Assembly (NCBI GenBank): GCA_965197475.1 | Contig: CBDANF010000003.1 | Coordinates: 2,528,001 to 2,592,000, forward strand | Source: Candidatus Poribacteria bacterium | Lineage (GTDB): Bacteria; Poribacteria; WGA-4E; WGA-3G | Length of the DNA stretch: 64,000 bases | Reading direction: 5' to 3' | Shown here: piece by piece, positions 31,601-40,674 of the stretch | Layout: each line of letters opens with the position of its first letter | Position numbering within the stretch: position 1 is the stretch's first letter | The notes under the pieces: model-generated | What the model saw: only the letters and a program-made list of their open reading frames with translations | Told to the model about the DNA's origin: nothing | Database searches by the model: none | Program-made: the position numbers and the translations under genes

Positions 31601-31842
31601 GCGTGTTCTAAACCTGTGAGGTTCGTTATTTCTTGTTTTGGGACATAAAGACCTGTTAAGTTCAGCATCTGCTGTTGCGTAAGTGGTTCATCTGCGTCAA
31701 GCTTGAGTGCAGTTCGGACTACGGTTCTAAGATTCGCATCTGGCATCCAAGTAGATGCATCCTGAGCATTTGCAATGTTAATGGAACTAATCAGTGCGAA
31801 AATAATAATGACCGATAGTTTTGTAATATATTTTTTAAACAT
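25645..31842 (-). CDS. Giant secreted LRR / Ig-like repeat / cadherin protein with T9SS-CTD-like (FlgD-Ig) tail
   Basis: Signal peptide; internalin-type LRRs with MPDANLR caps; 11 Ig-like NR.P repeats; 2 cadherin-like domains; ~14 tandem 22-aa LRRs; YPNPFNPETWIPY...SGIYFYQL tail. Confidence 0.92.
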   Translation of the reverse strand: MFKKYITKLSVIIIFALISSINIANAQDASTWMPDANLRTVVRTALKLDADEPLTQQQMLNLTGLYVPKQEITNLTGLEHATQLISLVIWENQIQNIKPLEKLTNLTLLYITNNPITDISPLEQLINLKFLGLPQNQISDVSALENLVELQWLRLAGNPITDTTLLVNLPKLSDVDIEIPSVITDANLRAVVREALGLGVNVRITPHAMQSLTRLSAIALGITNLTGLEHATNLRTLMLHKNQIRNLKPLENLTKLALLLIDNNLITDIKPLTKLIHLQVLGLSHNQIRDISVLINLKKLLLLRLTGNPITDTSPLASLPNMYYVDVEIDEPPQVVPNRTPVTVGTISGRTLTAAGASVVVDVSASFSDPDADNLSYSVSSDDTSVAAVSVTGAEVTITPHSAGSAIVTVTASDSVLTATQTISVTVTAVPVANRAPVTVGAISTRTLTAAGASVIVDVSGNFQDPDNDDLSYSVSSDNTDIVTVSISGSQVTLTPYSAGSAVVTVTASDGVLTATQTISVSVVVPNRAPVAVGAISPRTLTAGGVSVRVDVSANFQDPDNDDLSYSASSDNTGIVSVSVSNSLVTLTPVGAGNAVVTVMASDGKLTATQTISVSVVAPNRAPVAVGAISDRTLTVGDSLVVVDVSANFQDPDNDDLSYSASSENTDIATVSVADALVTLTPVGAGNAVVTVTASDGKLTATQTISVTVTAAPVANRAPVTVGAISAQTLTTAGDSVVVDVSGSFEDPDDDDLSYSVSSNNTNVAAASLSGSQVTITPVAAGSVTITVVASDGKLTATQSISVSVVAANRAPVAIGTISSRTLVSEGSSEQIDVSSNFRDPDDDTLTYTVSSSDTDIATVSMADTLVTITPVGVGNASVTVIASDGELTATQSISVSVVAANRAPVVVGTISSYTLMAGGSVVRVDVSGNFEDPDNDSLSYGAISDDTSVATVSVSGALVTITPEGAGDATITVTASDGELTATQSISVSVAAANRAPVAVGTISSYSLVAGGSVVRVDVSGNFEDPDNDNLSYGAISDDTSVATVSVSGSLVTITPEGAGNATITVTASDGELTATQSTSVSVAAANRAPVPIATISSYSLVAGGSLVRVDVAGNFSDPDDNTLTYTASSDDTSVATVSVSSALVTITPEGTGDATITVTASDGELTATQSISVSVAAPNRAPVAVGTISADTLTAGDSSVQIDVAGNFSDPDDDTLTYTASLDDTSVATVSVSGSLVTITPEGTGDATITVTASDGKLTATQSISVSVAAPNRAPVAVGSISSYTLIAGGSVVRVDVSGNFSDPDDDTLTYTASSDDISVATASVSGSLVTITPEGAGNTTVTVTASDGKLTATQSISVSVAAPNRAPVFLLSNIIRSIEIDGDTAGTNIGDPVSATDADNDTLTYTLGGTDAASFDIDSTTGQLQTTAAFISDTRSDYSVIVTATDGNGGSASVDVTVTATRRAPQVTNSAPVFTDGESTTRAIDENTAADTNIGTPVDATDADTSDTLTYASSGTDADSFSLDRTTGQLKTKASLDYETKKTYTVKITVSDGKKRSATTTVTINVKDVNENVTPVSDRTQQVRDAIVRAVPGINSADDVTAAHLAAITALDLGYRQITTLQDGDFDGLTALTTLWLSVNRISDISALEELTALTTLVLNNNSISDISALEDLTALTTLNLSSNSISDISALEELTALTTLNLSSNRISDISTLEELTNLTYLDLSVNSISDISALEELTALTTLSLSVNSISDISALEELTALTQLSLRNNSISDISALEELTSLETLSLSSNRISDISALEELTNLTQLILSSNSISDISALEELTALTTLGLPSNRISDISALEELTALTRLYMSSNRISDISPLEELTALETIDLYGNGIRDISALEELTSLIKLDLSRNDISDISTLEELTALTTLRLSGNSISDYAPLRRMQANNPGLTIDIEIPAEDGNAAPASQTLPTTTVLLSSYPNPFNPETWIPYHLAKASDVQITIYDARGVAVRRLELGHQRAGYYTSRSRAAHWDGTNAVGERVGSGIYFYQLQADNKSLLRKMLILK
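26045..26945 (-). repeat. ~14 tandem 66-bp LRR-coding repeats
   Basis: Recurrent gtcaactcttcaagtgccgatatatcgct unit. Confidence 0.9.
27745..30835 (-). repeat. 11 tandem ~279-bp Ig-like domain repeats
   Basis: NRAPVAVG.IS...VDVSGNF.DPD.D.L.Y..SSD.T...TASDG.LTATQ.ISVSV units. Confidence 0.9.
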
Positions 31843-31929
31843 GAAAATTCTCCCCTTTTTAGGTTTGTAGATTGTTTTCCGCTCTTATCTATAATTTACT
31901 ATATTTCAGCCGACACCCTGCTCACATTT

Positions 31930-32059
31930 AAAAAGAAGAGGGTATCCCTGGTGACCAAACCAAAACACCCAATTTACACTGGATATGGGATACCCGTAGT
32001 TCAACGAGTGTTTTAGTTTGGTCTGTTAGAATCTTACTACATTTTGCACAATTTTACAA
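31930..32059 (-). promoter_or_regulatory. Promoter plus structured 5' leader of the LRR gene
   Basis: TTGTAA-N17-TAAGAT promoter; two interleaved inverted repeats followed by a U-rich tract. Confidence 0.55.
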
Positions 32060-32155
32060 TTCTTTTTATTTATTTTGTATAATGTGATAATATTGTGTAA
32101 CAAAAAGGGTAACACACCAGTTTTGCTGGTACGTTATAAATAAAAACGCAAATAT

Positions 32156-32182
32156 AAAAAAGGCGCGGTTTCCACCGCGCCT
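32156..32182 (-). terminator. Intrinsic terminator after the TonB receptor gene
   Basis: AGGCGCGG-tttcca-CCGCGCCT hairpin followed on the minus strand by a T-run. Confidence 0.75.
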
Positions 32183-32211
32183 AAATATCGGACTAACTAC
32201 AAAACATCATA

Positions 32212-35022
32212 CTAAAAACTATATGAAAGTTTCGCGTAGTAGAGACCACCGTTGAAACCGAACGGTGCCGACCTTCTGGAATAGGTGAAGACACCGGGGG
32301 AGTCAATAATGACTTGTCCAGCACCATCCTCTAATTTTCCACCACGTGACTGTCCAATCTCGTTTTCATCAGGGACTTGATCCAACAGATTGTTTGCACC
32401 GATGGTCAGTGAAAGTCCTTCATTCAGTTGATAATTACCTTGAATATCGGTTAGCCATTTGCCACCGTAGGTTTGACGAGCGGGATCGTCCCCGCTTCCT
32501 TCCTGAACAGTATATTCGCCAAAGTAGCGCAACGCTGCACCAAGAGTGAGATCACCAACAATGTAATCTGCACTGACGTTAATACGGGTGTTCGGCTGCC
32601 ACTCTTCAATCATAGAACGTTCTTGTGATGGAAAGAGTGTATCCTCTAACCCAACCAAAATTTCGGGTGCTTCCACATCACCAATAACTTCGGTGTCTGC
32701 AAAGGTAAAGGCAACTTTCAAATTGAGAAGTGATTCGTTGTCAAAAGCGTGCAGATAGCCAGCAGCGACATCAACACCTTGTGTGCGTGTCTGCGCGACG
32801 TTCGTAAAGACCTGTGCACTATTAGCACCCGCTTCCGCTAATCCCTCAACATTGTCCGCACTAAAACTACCACTAAGCACGATACGGTCGTCAATCTGAA
32901 TAAGGAATCCATCAACTGAAAGCCATAATTTATCAAGCGGTTTCAACACGACACCACCAGATACGTTAAACGCAGTCTCCTGTTTCAACTCAGGAATACC
33001 GAGTGCACGCGCAGCATCACTATCATTACGGAATGTGCCAACTTCAAGCGGAATAAGTTCCTCAGTGTCACCGTTTCCATTGATGTCATCAGCATCAATT
33101 TTGAATTGTGTGCTGATATTATTGAAGTAGAGTTGTTGCAGTGAAGGCGCACGGAAGCCTGTGCTACCTGCAGCGCGAACAGCAACCTGTTTTGTAAAGT
33201 CATAACGTGCTGTTGCTTTCCCTGTAACAGTTGCCCCAAAGTCGCTATACTGTTCGCCACGAACTGCTGCGCCGACGAGAAGTCCACTTCCGGGTCCACC
33301 ACTCAGATATGATTCAAAGTCTGCATATCCTGCGATATTCGTGCGGCTTTCATCCGTTTCTTGATTCGGACGGAAACCGGGGAAGACCTGGATACCTGCA
33401 ACAGCACCTTCCACACCGAGTCCGGCGTCTACCCAAGAAACAGGTTCACCCGCATTGATTCCGTATCCTTCACGACGAAATTCAACACCACCTGCCAAAT
33501 TGATAAGCGAGGATTGATACTCAAGCGGATAGCTGACATCTAAATTAAACGCTGTCTGTGAGAGTTCAAATCCACCCGCATCCGCTGAGGTCGGGCTCGC
33601 TGCGCCATAAGAGGCATTCATAGAATTGGAAATGAAAAAGTCAAAGGTGTTTAACCCGTGATTGACACTCACATCAACATTCAGATCCGTTGCCTCATGT
33701 GTCCAAGCCGCTCCAAAGGCGAGTGAAACATCTTCAATGCTTGTGTTGATTTCTGGTAGGAAACCATCAGGATAAATATCAGTGACCGTTCGATCTGCTT
33801 GGTTGGCTCTACGATAAAAACCAGCACTGTTGTTCTGACGTGTGGAGTATCCACCGAATGAATACAACTCCATGCCGCCAACTATTGGTAATCCGAAGTT
33901 GTAAAATCCGACTTTTTGTGATGAGTCTGCATCACCGATACGGAAGTTTTGACGGTCAAATGTGTATTCGGGTGAATCAAACCACACTGGCTTTTCACCT
34001 ACTACATTTCCATCTGCGCCTTTTACCTCAAGCATGGCATCGGGTTCTCGTTCTGGAATTTCTACATCTGCAGTTTCTTCTACCCAGTCATATTGACGCT
34101 CACCAGAGAGTCCAGCGCGGTTCGTGCGGTATCTGTCGCGCCACTCTGCTGTGAGGTTAATGAAACCGGATTCACCTACCTTCATACCGTAGTTGGCGTT
34201 TCCGATCCATGTATCACCATCACCTTCGTAGGTTTGTCCCCAATAAAGGTTCGCGTCGCCTGTATCAACATCGTCTTTCAAGACTATGTTAATCACACCA
34301 GCGATAGCATCCGAACCGTACTGTGCGGCAGCACCATCACGCAGCACCTCAATTCGTTCAATCGCAGCAGCAGGAATCGCGTTGAAATCAGTGCCTGCGG
34401 TACCACGACCAACCGAAGTATTGATGTGCAACAACGCGCTTTTGTGACGACGTTTGCCGTTCACAAGTACCAACGTCTGGTCTGGCCCCAAGCCCCGCAA
34501 TGTGGCTGGACGTAAAGCATCTGTACCATCACTAATTGATGAACTGGAAAAGTTGAAAGAAGGTACTAACATCTGAAGGACGCGACCGGTTTCAGATTGT
34601 CCTGTTAGACTAAGTTGTTCTCTGTTCACCACTTCAATCGGCACGGGTGCTTGTAATGCGCGACGACCAATACTCCGCGTACCGACTACGACTATCGATT
34701 CGATGGTTTGGATTGGGGCAAGCATTACCATTAATTCGGTCTGTCCTGCTGTAACATTTATCCGTCTGTCAACAAAACCGATGGCAGTAATTTCAACAGA
34801 CTGTGCACCTGCCACATCATCAAACATGGCAGCTCCATTATCATCTGTTGTCTGTTCTTCGCCACCAATTAGTACTTTAGCTGAGGCGATGGCAGTTCCA
34901 TCCTCGTCTTGAACAACAACTTTGAGTGCATCTGCATTTGCAGTCAACGGTATTACTGATAGGATGCCAAATAAGATACTGACAACATACCAAAGATACC
35001 TATTATTTTCGGAAATTTGCAT
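32212..35022 (-). CDS. TonB-dependent receptor
   Basis: VVVGTR TonB box, plug LRGLGPDQTLVLVNGKR, IERIEVLRDGAAAQYGSDAIAGVINI, C-terminal YSF. Confidence 0.95.
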   Translation of the reverse strand: MQISENNRYLWYVVSILFGILSVIPLTANADALKVVVQDEDGTAIASAKVLIGGEEQTTDDNGAAMFDDVAGAQSVEITAIGFVDRRINVTAGQTELMVMLAPIQTIESIVVVGTRSIGRRALQAPVPIEVVNREQLSLTGQSETGRVLQMLVPSFNFSSSSISDGTDALRPATLRGLGPDQTLVLVNGKRRHKSALLHINTSVGRGTAGTDFNAIPAAAIERIEVLRDGAAAQYGSDAIAGVINIVLKDDVDTGDANLYWGQTYEGDGDTWIGNANYGMKVGESGFINLTAEWRDRYRTNRAGLSGERQYDWVEETADVEIPEREPDAMLEVKGADGNVVGEKPVWFDSPEYTFDRQNFRIGDADSSQKVGFYNFGLPIVGGMELYSFGGYSTRQNNSAGFYRRANQADRTVTDIYPDGFLPEINTSIEDVSLAFGAAWTHEATDLNVDVSVNHGLNTFDFFISNSMNASYGAASPTSADAGGFELSQTAFNLDVSYPLEYQSSLINLAGGVEFRREGYGINAGEPVSWVDAGLGVEGAVAGIQVFPGFRPNQETDESRTNIAGYADFESYLSGGPGSGLLVGAAVRGEQYSDFGATVTGKATARYDFTKQVAVRAAGSTGFRAPSLQQLYFNNISTQFKIDADDINGNGDTEELIPLEVGTFRNDSDAARALGIPELKQETAFNVSGGVVLKPLDKLWLSVDGFLIQIDDRIVLSGSFSADNVEGLAEAGANSAQVFTNVAQTRTQGVDVAAGYLHAFDNESLLNLKVAFTFADTEVIGDVEAPEILVGLEDTLFPSQERSMIEEWQPNTRINVSADYIVGDLTLGAALRYFGEYTVQEGSGDDPARQTYGGKWLTDIQGNYQLNEGLSLTIGANNLLDQVPDENEIGQSRGGKLEDGAGQVIIDSPGVFTYSRRSAPFGFNGGLYYAKLSYSF

Positions 35023-35296
35023 TTAATTGCTCCTTAGGTTTTACCTGAAGAATCTGTGTAATTTTTTATAAATTATGAAGCGGATCTTGATGGACCCCTG
35101 ATGTTCATCTGTTTATCCGCACACAATACCATAATTATGACTTATTTTACAGCAAAATGCAAATTAATTTGATAAAACCAGTATTTTATGATTTCACTTG
35201 CATATCGGAGGGACACTATTGTAAGCCCAACGTTCTGATTTTTTAACAACAAACTCAGTTTTTATGCTAAACTAAATTGTGTTTATATTAACGTCA

Positions 35297-35471
35297 CAGG
35301 ACTTACGCATTTTCTCTTAAAGTCCCCCTGATAAGGGGGACTTAGGGGGTTAAAAACACGGAAATAACAACTTTGAACTGCGGGATGGACGCATGAGTGG
35401 TAGAATCCTTGATGCATCTGCCAGTTTAACCCCCCTAACCCCCCTTATCAAGGGGGAATGCGTAAGTCCTG
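35297..35471. mobile_element. MITE
   Basis: TIR CAGGACTTACGCA / TGCGTAAGTCCTG with internal inverted CCCCCTAA..CCCCCTTATCAAGGGGG repeats. Confidence 0.75.
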
Positions 35472-35591
35472 CGTGAGTTTGATAATAGATGCGGTTAGGA
35501 AACCTCACCTACCAAGGTGTGTGCACTTTGAAAAATTGGATAGATACGATATTCTGTTCCAAATTTTGGGAGGATCGAAAAGAGAGAAAAC

Positions 35592-37202
35592 ATGTTTGGC
35601 TCAATGATGAACTATCCTTTGACACTCGCTCAGATATGTGAGCATGCACACCGCATCCATGCTGATAAGCACGTCCACACGCTATTGTCCAACGGAAAGG
35701 TGCATACCTATAACTACGCTACGCTATACACCCGCGTGAAACAATTAGCAAACGCCATCACTCAATTCGGTATACGCCCAGGCGATAGAGTCGCAACTTT
35801 CGCTTCCAACACCTATCAACACTTAGAACTCTTATGCGCAATCCCGTTTACTGGCGCAATCATTCATCCTTTGAACGTTCGCCTCTCTCCAATGCAACTC
35901 GCGAAAATAGTCAAAGCGGCAGAGGACAAACTCATTTTTGTTGATGGATTGTTTTTCGACCAATTTGCCAAAGTACGACAAGAGATTGACTGTCCGCCAG
36001 TTGTTCTCATTAATGTAAATGCTGTTAAGGATCAAACCCGTACTCACTTTTCTATTGAATATGAAAAGTTTTTTTGCGAAGCAGATCATGATTACATATC
36101 GGATATTCCGGACGAAAATTGGGCGATGGGGCTATGTTACACAAGCGGAACAGACGGTGAACCGAAGGGGGTTCTCTACACGCACCGCTCAATGTTCCTC
36201 CACACTCTGGCAGTAAATCAAGCAGATGTGTTCGGATTAACGGAGTCAGATGTAGTAATGCCGCTTGTGCCGATATTCCACGCGATGGGGTGGGGAATTC
36301 CTTACGCATGTATGTTTGCTGGGGCAGATACCGTGTTATCCGGTGCTAACCATGAGCGAATTGTTGACCTCATCGCTGAAACAAGGGTGACCGTTGCTGC
36401 TGGTGTGCCGACGGTCTGGGCAAGACTTTTGCCTGAATTGCAAAAAAGAAAACACGATATATCTTCATTGAAAAAACTCATAATAGGTGGGGAGGCAATA
36501 CCACCTACGCTCGTTGAAGCTTATGAAAAAGAACTTGGGGTTGAGGTGTGCCATGCATGGGGCATGACTGAAATGTCACCAACAGGAACGTTCTGTACCC
36601 TGCGCGGAACACATCAAAACTTACCTGATACTGAAAAATGGAAGATTAAGACGATGCAAGGCAGACCTATTTCCGGCGTTCAGATTCGCCTCTCAAGTGA
36701 ATATGGCAGCGAACTCCCTTGGGACGGAAGGACGATCGGAGAGGTACAGGTGAGAAGTCCTTGGACAGCAAGCAGCTATTATAAGAATGACTCGACACCT
36801 GAACATTTCACAGCTGATGGATGGTTGCGAACAGGCGACCTTGTGACTATCAACGCGGATGGTTACATGCAGGTTGTTGACCGAGTGAAGGCACTTATCC
36901 GCAGTGGTGGAGAGTCTATCTCTACTGTCGCATTAGAGGCTGTTCTGTTGAAACATCCGCATGTAAACGAGGCAGCGGTGATAGGTGTGCCCGACGAAAA
37001 ATGGGGTGAACGACCGCTTGCAGTCGTTGTTCTTGCGGAACAGACGGATGATAGTATTTCGGAGATATTGAAACAACACCTTGCTACCGAATTCCCGAAA
37101 TTCTGGATACCGGACAAGTTCGTTTTTGTTAACGAAATACCGAAAACAGGCGTTGGTAAATCGGATAAACGCGCTATTTTGCAGATGTTAGCACCTAAAT
37201 GA
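35592..37202 (+). CDS. Acyl-CoA ligase (AlkK/DmdB-like)
   Basis: YTSGTDGEPKG, WGMTE, WLRTGD, DRVKALIRSGGE, PKTGVGK. Confidence 0.9.
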   Translation: MFGSMMNYPLTLAQICEHAHRIHADKHVHTLLSNGKVHTYNYATLYTRVKQLANAITQFGIRPGDRVATFASNTYQHLELLCAIPFTGAIIHPLNVRLSPMQLAKIVKAAEDKLIFVDGLFFDQFAKVRQEIDCPPVVLINVNAVKDQTRTHFSIEYEKFFCEADHDYISDIPDENWAMGLCYTSGTDGEPKGVLYTHRSMFLHTLAVNQADVFGLTESDVVMPLVPIFHAMGWGIPYACMFAGADTVLSGANHERIVDLIAETRVTVAAGVPTVWARLLPELQKRKHDISSLKKLIIGGEAIPPTLVEAYEKELGVEVCHAWGMTEMSPTGTFCTLRGTHQNLPDTEKWKIKTMQGRPISGVQIRLSSEYGSELPWDGRTIGEVQVRSPWTASSYYKNDSTPEHFTADGWLRTGDLVTINADGYMQVVDRVKALIRSGGESISTVALEAVLLKHPHVNEAAVIGVPDEKWGERPLAVVVLAEQTDDSISEILKQHLATEFPKFWIPDKFVFVNEIPKTGVGKSDKRAILQMLAPK

Positions 37203-37236
37203 GGCTGTGCCAAAAAAAATAGAAGGAAACTACACT

Positions 37237-37962
37237 ATGCCAAACACGAACCATAAGTTAAGTCAAGATGAGATGGATCAATTTCGGAAACAGGGATACC
37301 TCGGTCCCTTCACACTCTGTAGTCCAGAAGATATGCTCAACATGCAACCGGAAATTGAGAAGATACTCGAAACTGATGCGCCAGACCACAAAAATAGGGT
37401 GCATAACCGCCATCTCGATTTTTCGTTGATCCATGACCTTGCCACACATCCGACTATCGTTGAAAAGATGGCATCATTATATGGAGCGAATCTACTGCTC
37501 TGGCGCACCAACTTTTTTGTCAAGGAACCCGGCGCAAAAGAGATTCCGTGGCATCAAGATTTCAACTATTGGCCCCTTGAACCGCCAATTATCATTTCGG
37601 CATGGATTGCTATTGATTCTGCGACACTGGAAAACAGTTGTTTGCAGATTGTGCCTGGATCGCATCGCAAAGTAATCCCGCACGTAAAGGCGACATCTGA
37701 TATGGCGTTCGGTCAGATGGGTGACCTTGGTTTCGTTGATACAAGCAATTTCGTGAATCTGGAGATGCAACCGGGGGAATTTGTGCTATTTAATGAACGG
37801 ACACTTCACCACTCAGAGGCGAACCGTTCCGACAAAAGACGCATCGGTTTGGCTGTCCGTGTCATCGTTCCGATTGTCAAAGTCTTTACTTGGGATTCGC
37901 AACAACATGAATTGATTGTTATTCATGGCGAAGACCCCGTTCAATTCAATAAAAGGAGTTAA
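37237..37962 (+). CDS. Phytanoyl-CoA dioxygenase (PhyH) family protein
   Basis: PWHQD, WIAID.AT.EN.CL..VPGSH, LHHSEANRS..RR. Confidence 0.92.
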   Translation: MPNTNHKLSQDEMDQFRKQGYLGPFTLCSPEDMLNMQPEIEKILETDAPDHKNRVHNRHLDFSLIHDLATHPTIVEKMASLYGANLLLWRTNFFVKEPGAKEIPWHQDFNYWPLEPPIIISAWIAIDSATLENSCLQIVPGSHRKVIPHVKATSDMAFGQMGDLGFVDTSNFVNLEMQPGEFVLFNERTLHHSEANRSDKRRIGLAVRVIVPIVKVFTWDSQQHELIVIHGEDPVQFNKRS

Positions 37963-37963
37963 T

Positions 37964-38974
37964 ATGAATCGTCAAATTACGTTAGCCTCCCGTCCTGTTG
38001 GGTATCCCAAAGAATCTGATTTCAAACTTGTAGAAACCCCAATTCCGGCACCCGAAGATGGACAAGTGCTTCTAAAAACTATCTATCTCTCAGTCGATCC
38101 TTATATGCGAGGACGGATGAATCAGGCACGTTCTTACGCTGCCAACGTTGAATTTAATGAAGTTATGGTAGGTGGAGTAATTGCTCAGGTTGTAAAGTCG
38201 AAACATTCCGATTTTCAGGTCGGCGATATTGTCAATGCGCATATCGGGTGGCAGGAATATGGTGTATCTCGCGGCGAAGAGTTGCGGAAAATTGATCCGG
38301 CAATCGCCCCGATCTCAACAGGTGTCGGAATTTTGGGGATGCCGGGGTTGACAGCATACTTCGGGTTACTTGAGGTTGGCAAACTTCAAGATGGTGAAAC
38401 GGTATTCGTCTCAGGTGCAGCAGGCGCGGTCGGTTCAGTGGTCGGGCAGATTGCAAAAATCAAAGGGTGCCGTGTTGTCGGTTCAGCAGGTACTGATGAA
38501 AAGGTTTCCTATATTCTTGATGAACTCGGTTTTGATGCAGCGTTCAACTACAAGAACGTCAATAATTATTACGAGAAATTAGCGGAACTTTGCCCCGATG
38601 GGATTGACGTGTATTTTGACAATGTTGGTGGGCGAATCACAGATGCGGTTTTTCCGAATTTAAGAGTCAAGGGACGCGTGGCTATCTGTGGACAGATTTC
38701 ACAATATAACTTGGAAAACCCTGAAACGGGACCACGCTTTCTTTGGCATCTCATTACGAAGCGCGCGCGAATTGAAGGATTCCTCGTGTTTGAATTTGCC
38801 GATAGACATGCCGAGGCTCTTGTCCAAATGACAGAATGGGTTAGGCAGGGTAAATTGAAATACCGAGAGACAATCGCTGAAGGAGGCATCGGAAAAGCAC
38901 CTGCGGCTTTCATTAGCATGCTTAAAGGTGGCAATATCGGAAAACAACTAGTCAAAATTGCCGATCTCAGTTGA
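37964..38974 (+). CDS. NADP-dependent oxidoreductase (CurA/PTGR-like)
   Basis: LSVDPYMRGRM, GMPGLTAYFGL, SGAAGAVGS, YFDNVGG, GNIGK. Confidence 0.93.
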   Translation: MNRQITLASRPVGYPKESDFKLVETPIPAPEDGQVLLKTIYLSVDPYMRGRMNQARSYAANVEFNEVMVGGVIAQVVKSKHSDFQVGDIVNAHIGWQEYGVSRGEELRKIDPAIAPISTGVGILGMPGLTAYFGLLEVGKLQDGETVFVSGAAGAVGSVVGQIAKIKGCRVVGSAGTDEKVSYILDELGFDAAFNYKNVNNYYEKLAELCPDGIDVYFDNVGGRITDAVFPNLRVKGRVAICGQISQYNLENPETGPRFLWHLITKRARIEGFLVFEFADRHAEALVQMTEWVRQGKLKYRETIAEGGIGKAPAAFISMLKGGNIGKQLVKIADLS

Positions 38975-38981
38975 AAATTCG

Positions 38982-39926
38982 TTAATATCCCTTACGTTTA
39001 TCTATTACACTCAGGAGCGGTTTTCCAACGCGAAAACGTTCTAAGTTATCACAGAAAAGAGCTACCGTCCGATCCATCCGAATCGGTGAACCGCCAGCGA
39101 CGTGCGGTGTTATGATGACATTCGGCATGTCCCACAACGGACTATCTGAAGGGAGCGGTTCTTCAGGTGTAACATCCAACCCTGCACCGCCAATGAGTCC
39201 ATCATTTAAGGCACGCAGCAGTGCTGGTCCATCAACTATCTTGCCTCGTGTGACGTTGATAAGTAATGCATGCGATTTCATACTTTGGAACGCTGCATCG
39301 TCAAACATACCTTTCGTTTCTGATGTCAGCGGGGCACAGATACACACGATGTCTGACTGGGCAAGCAAATCATGAAATCTGTCCATCTTCCAGATTTCAT
39401 GAACGAATGTCGGTGCCTCAACAGGTTCTGGGTCAACAGCGATGACACGCATATCAAAGCCTTGTGCGCGACGGGCAACTTCAATCCCTGTTCCGCCAAA
39501 ACCGACAATCCCAAGTGTTCGCTCGCCCAGTTCCCACGCTGCCAAACGGATTGACATCTTATTGTCCCATGTCCGTTCCCGCGCCGAACGACCAACGCCC
39601 CGAATCAAGCCGAGAATCAATGCCCACGCCTGATCTGCCAAATGCGTTCCGACAAACCCTTTCGCACTTGTCAAAATAACGTCACTTTCAACAAATTCTT
39701 TGAACAGAATACCATCTACACCTGCTGCCCACACTTGCACCCACTTCAATTGCTTAGCGTTTTCAAAAAGCGCACGGTTAAACCCACCAAATACAATGTC
39801 AGTATCTACAATTTCGCGTAACGCTTCTTCTGAATTTTGTGGATTAACAATGCGTATTGTATCAGAAATTGATTCTATCTGCTGCTGTTGTTCCGATGTA
39901 ATATCTGAGTAAATCAAAATTTTCAT
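38982..39926 (-). CDS. D-2-hydroxyacid dehydrogenase
   Basis: GIVGFGGTG, INVTRG, AGLDVTPEEPL, ITPHVAG. Confidence 0.92.
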   Translation of the reverse strand: MKILIYSDITSEQQQQIESISDTIRIVNPQNSEEALREIVDTDIVFGGFNRALFENAKQLKWVQVWAAGVDGILFKEFVESDVILTSAKGFVGTHLADQAWALILGLIRGVGRSARERTWDNKMSIRLAAWELGERTLGIVGFGGTGIEVARRAQGFDMRVIAVDPEPVEAPTFVHEIWKMDRFHDLLAQSDIVCICAPLTSETKGMFDDAAFQSMKSHALLINVTRGKIVDGPALLRALNDGLIGGAGLDVTPEEPLPSDSPLWDMPNVIITPHVAGGSPIRMDRTVALFCDNLERFRVGKPLLSVIDKRKGY

Positions 39927-40007
39927 GTTGACATCTTCTCCATTTGGTGATACGGTATATGTAAATAAACTACTTTTTTGCGTATTTTCTCAGAAGGAGG
40001 AAAAAGT

Positions 40008-40490
40008 TTGGTAAACTTAGATTTAAATCGTTTCTGCTCCGTTGTACTTACGATATTTTCCATTAGCCTTATACTCACCGCTGGATTCATTACCGGTTGT
40101 GGTGACGAAGGTGATCCAGTTACAAATGTGGTCAACGGAGATGGCGATAAACAACCAGATACTGGTACCGAGGAACCTGTTGAAGAACCAGAAGAACCGA
40201 AAGTTTCTTTTAAGGATGATATTTCACCAATCCTCACCCAGAGTTGTGCCTTTGCCGGGTGCCACGTCGCCGGACACGTCACTAACCTTGACCTATCCAC
40301 CTACGATGCCTTCAAAAAGGGTGGAGATAGAGGTCCCGCTTTTGTAGCAGGCGATGCACAAGAGAGTCTTGTTGTAAAATATATTGAAGGTAGATTAGAA
40401 CCACAAATGCCTATCAATGGAGTGCCTTTAAACGGAGAACAGGTCCAACTCTTTATAGATTGGATCAATGAAGTCGCAGAAAACAACTAA
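40008..40490 (+). CDS. Lipoprotein with planctomycete-type cytochrome c domain
   Basis: AGGAGG RBS + TTG start; lipobox ITGC; SFKDDISPIL..CAFAGCH..LDLS...GD..S...QMP....L...WI. Confidence 0.75.
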   Translation: MVNLDLNRFCSVVLTIFSISLILTAGFITGCGDEGDPVTNVVNGDGDKQPDTGTEEPVEEPEEPKVSFKDDISPILTQSCAFAGCHVAGHVTNLDLSTYDAFKKGGDRGPAFVAGDAQESLVVKYIEGRLEPQMPINGVPLNGEQVQLFIDWINEVAENN

Positions 40491-40674
40491 TCCTGCCACA
40501 TACTCACTTATTTGCAGGGCGAGTCATTGTGCTTCGCCCTGCAGGTTTTTATCCATTACTTCTAAAGCACTCCCACTTTTTTGCCATATCTTTTGTCATC
40601 ATACCATCGTTTTGTATATGGGTCAACGTTAAAAAACTCCTTACTTTTGGATATAAGTTTCTGGCATTAACCAT

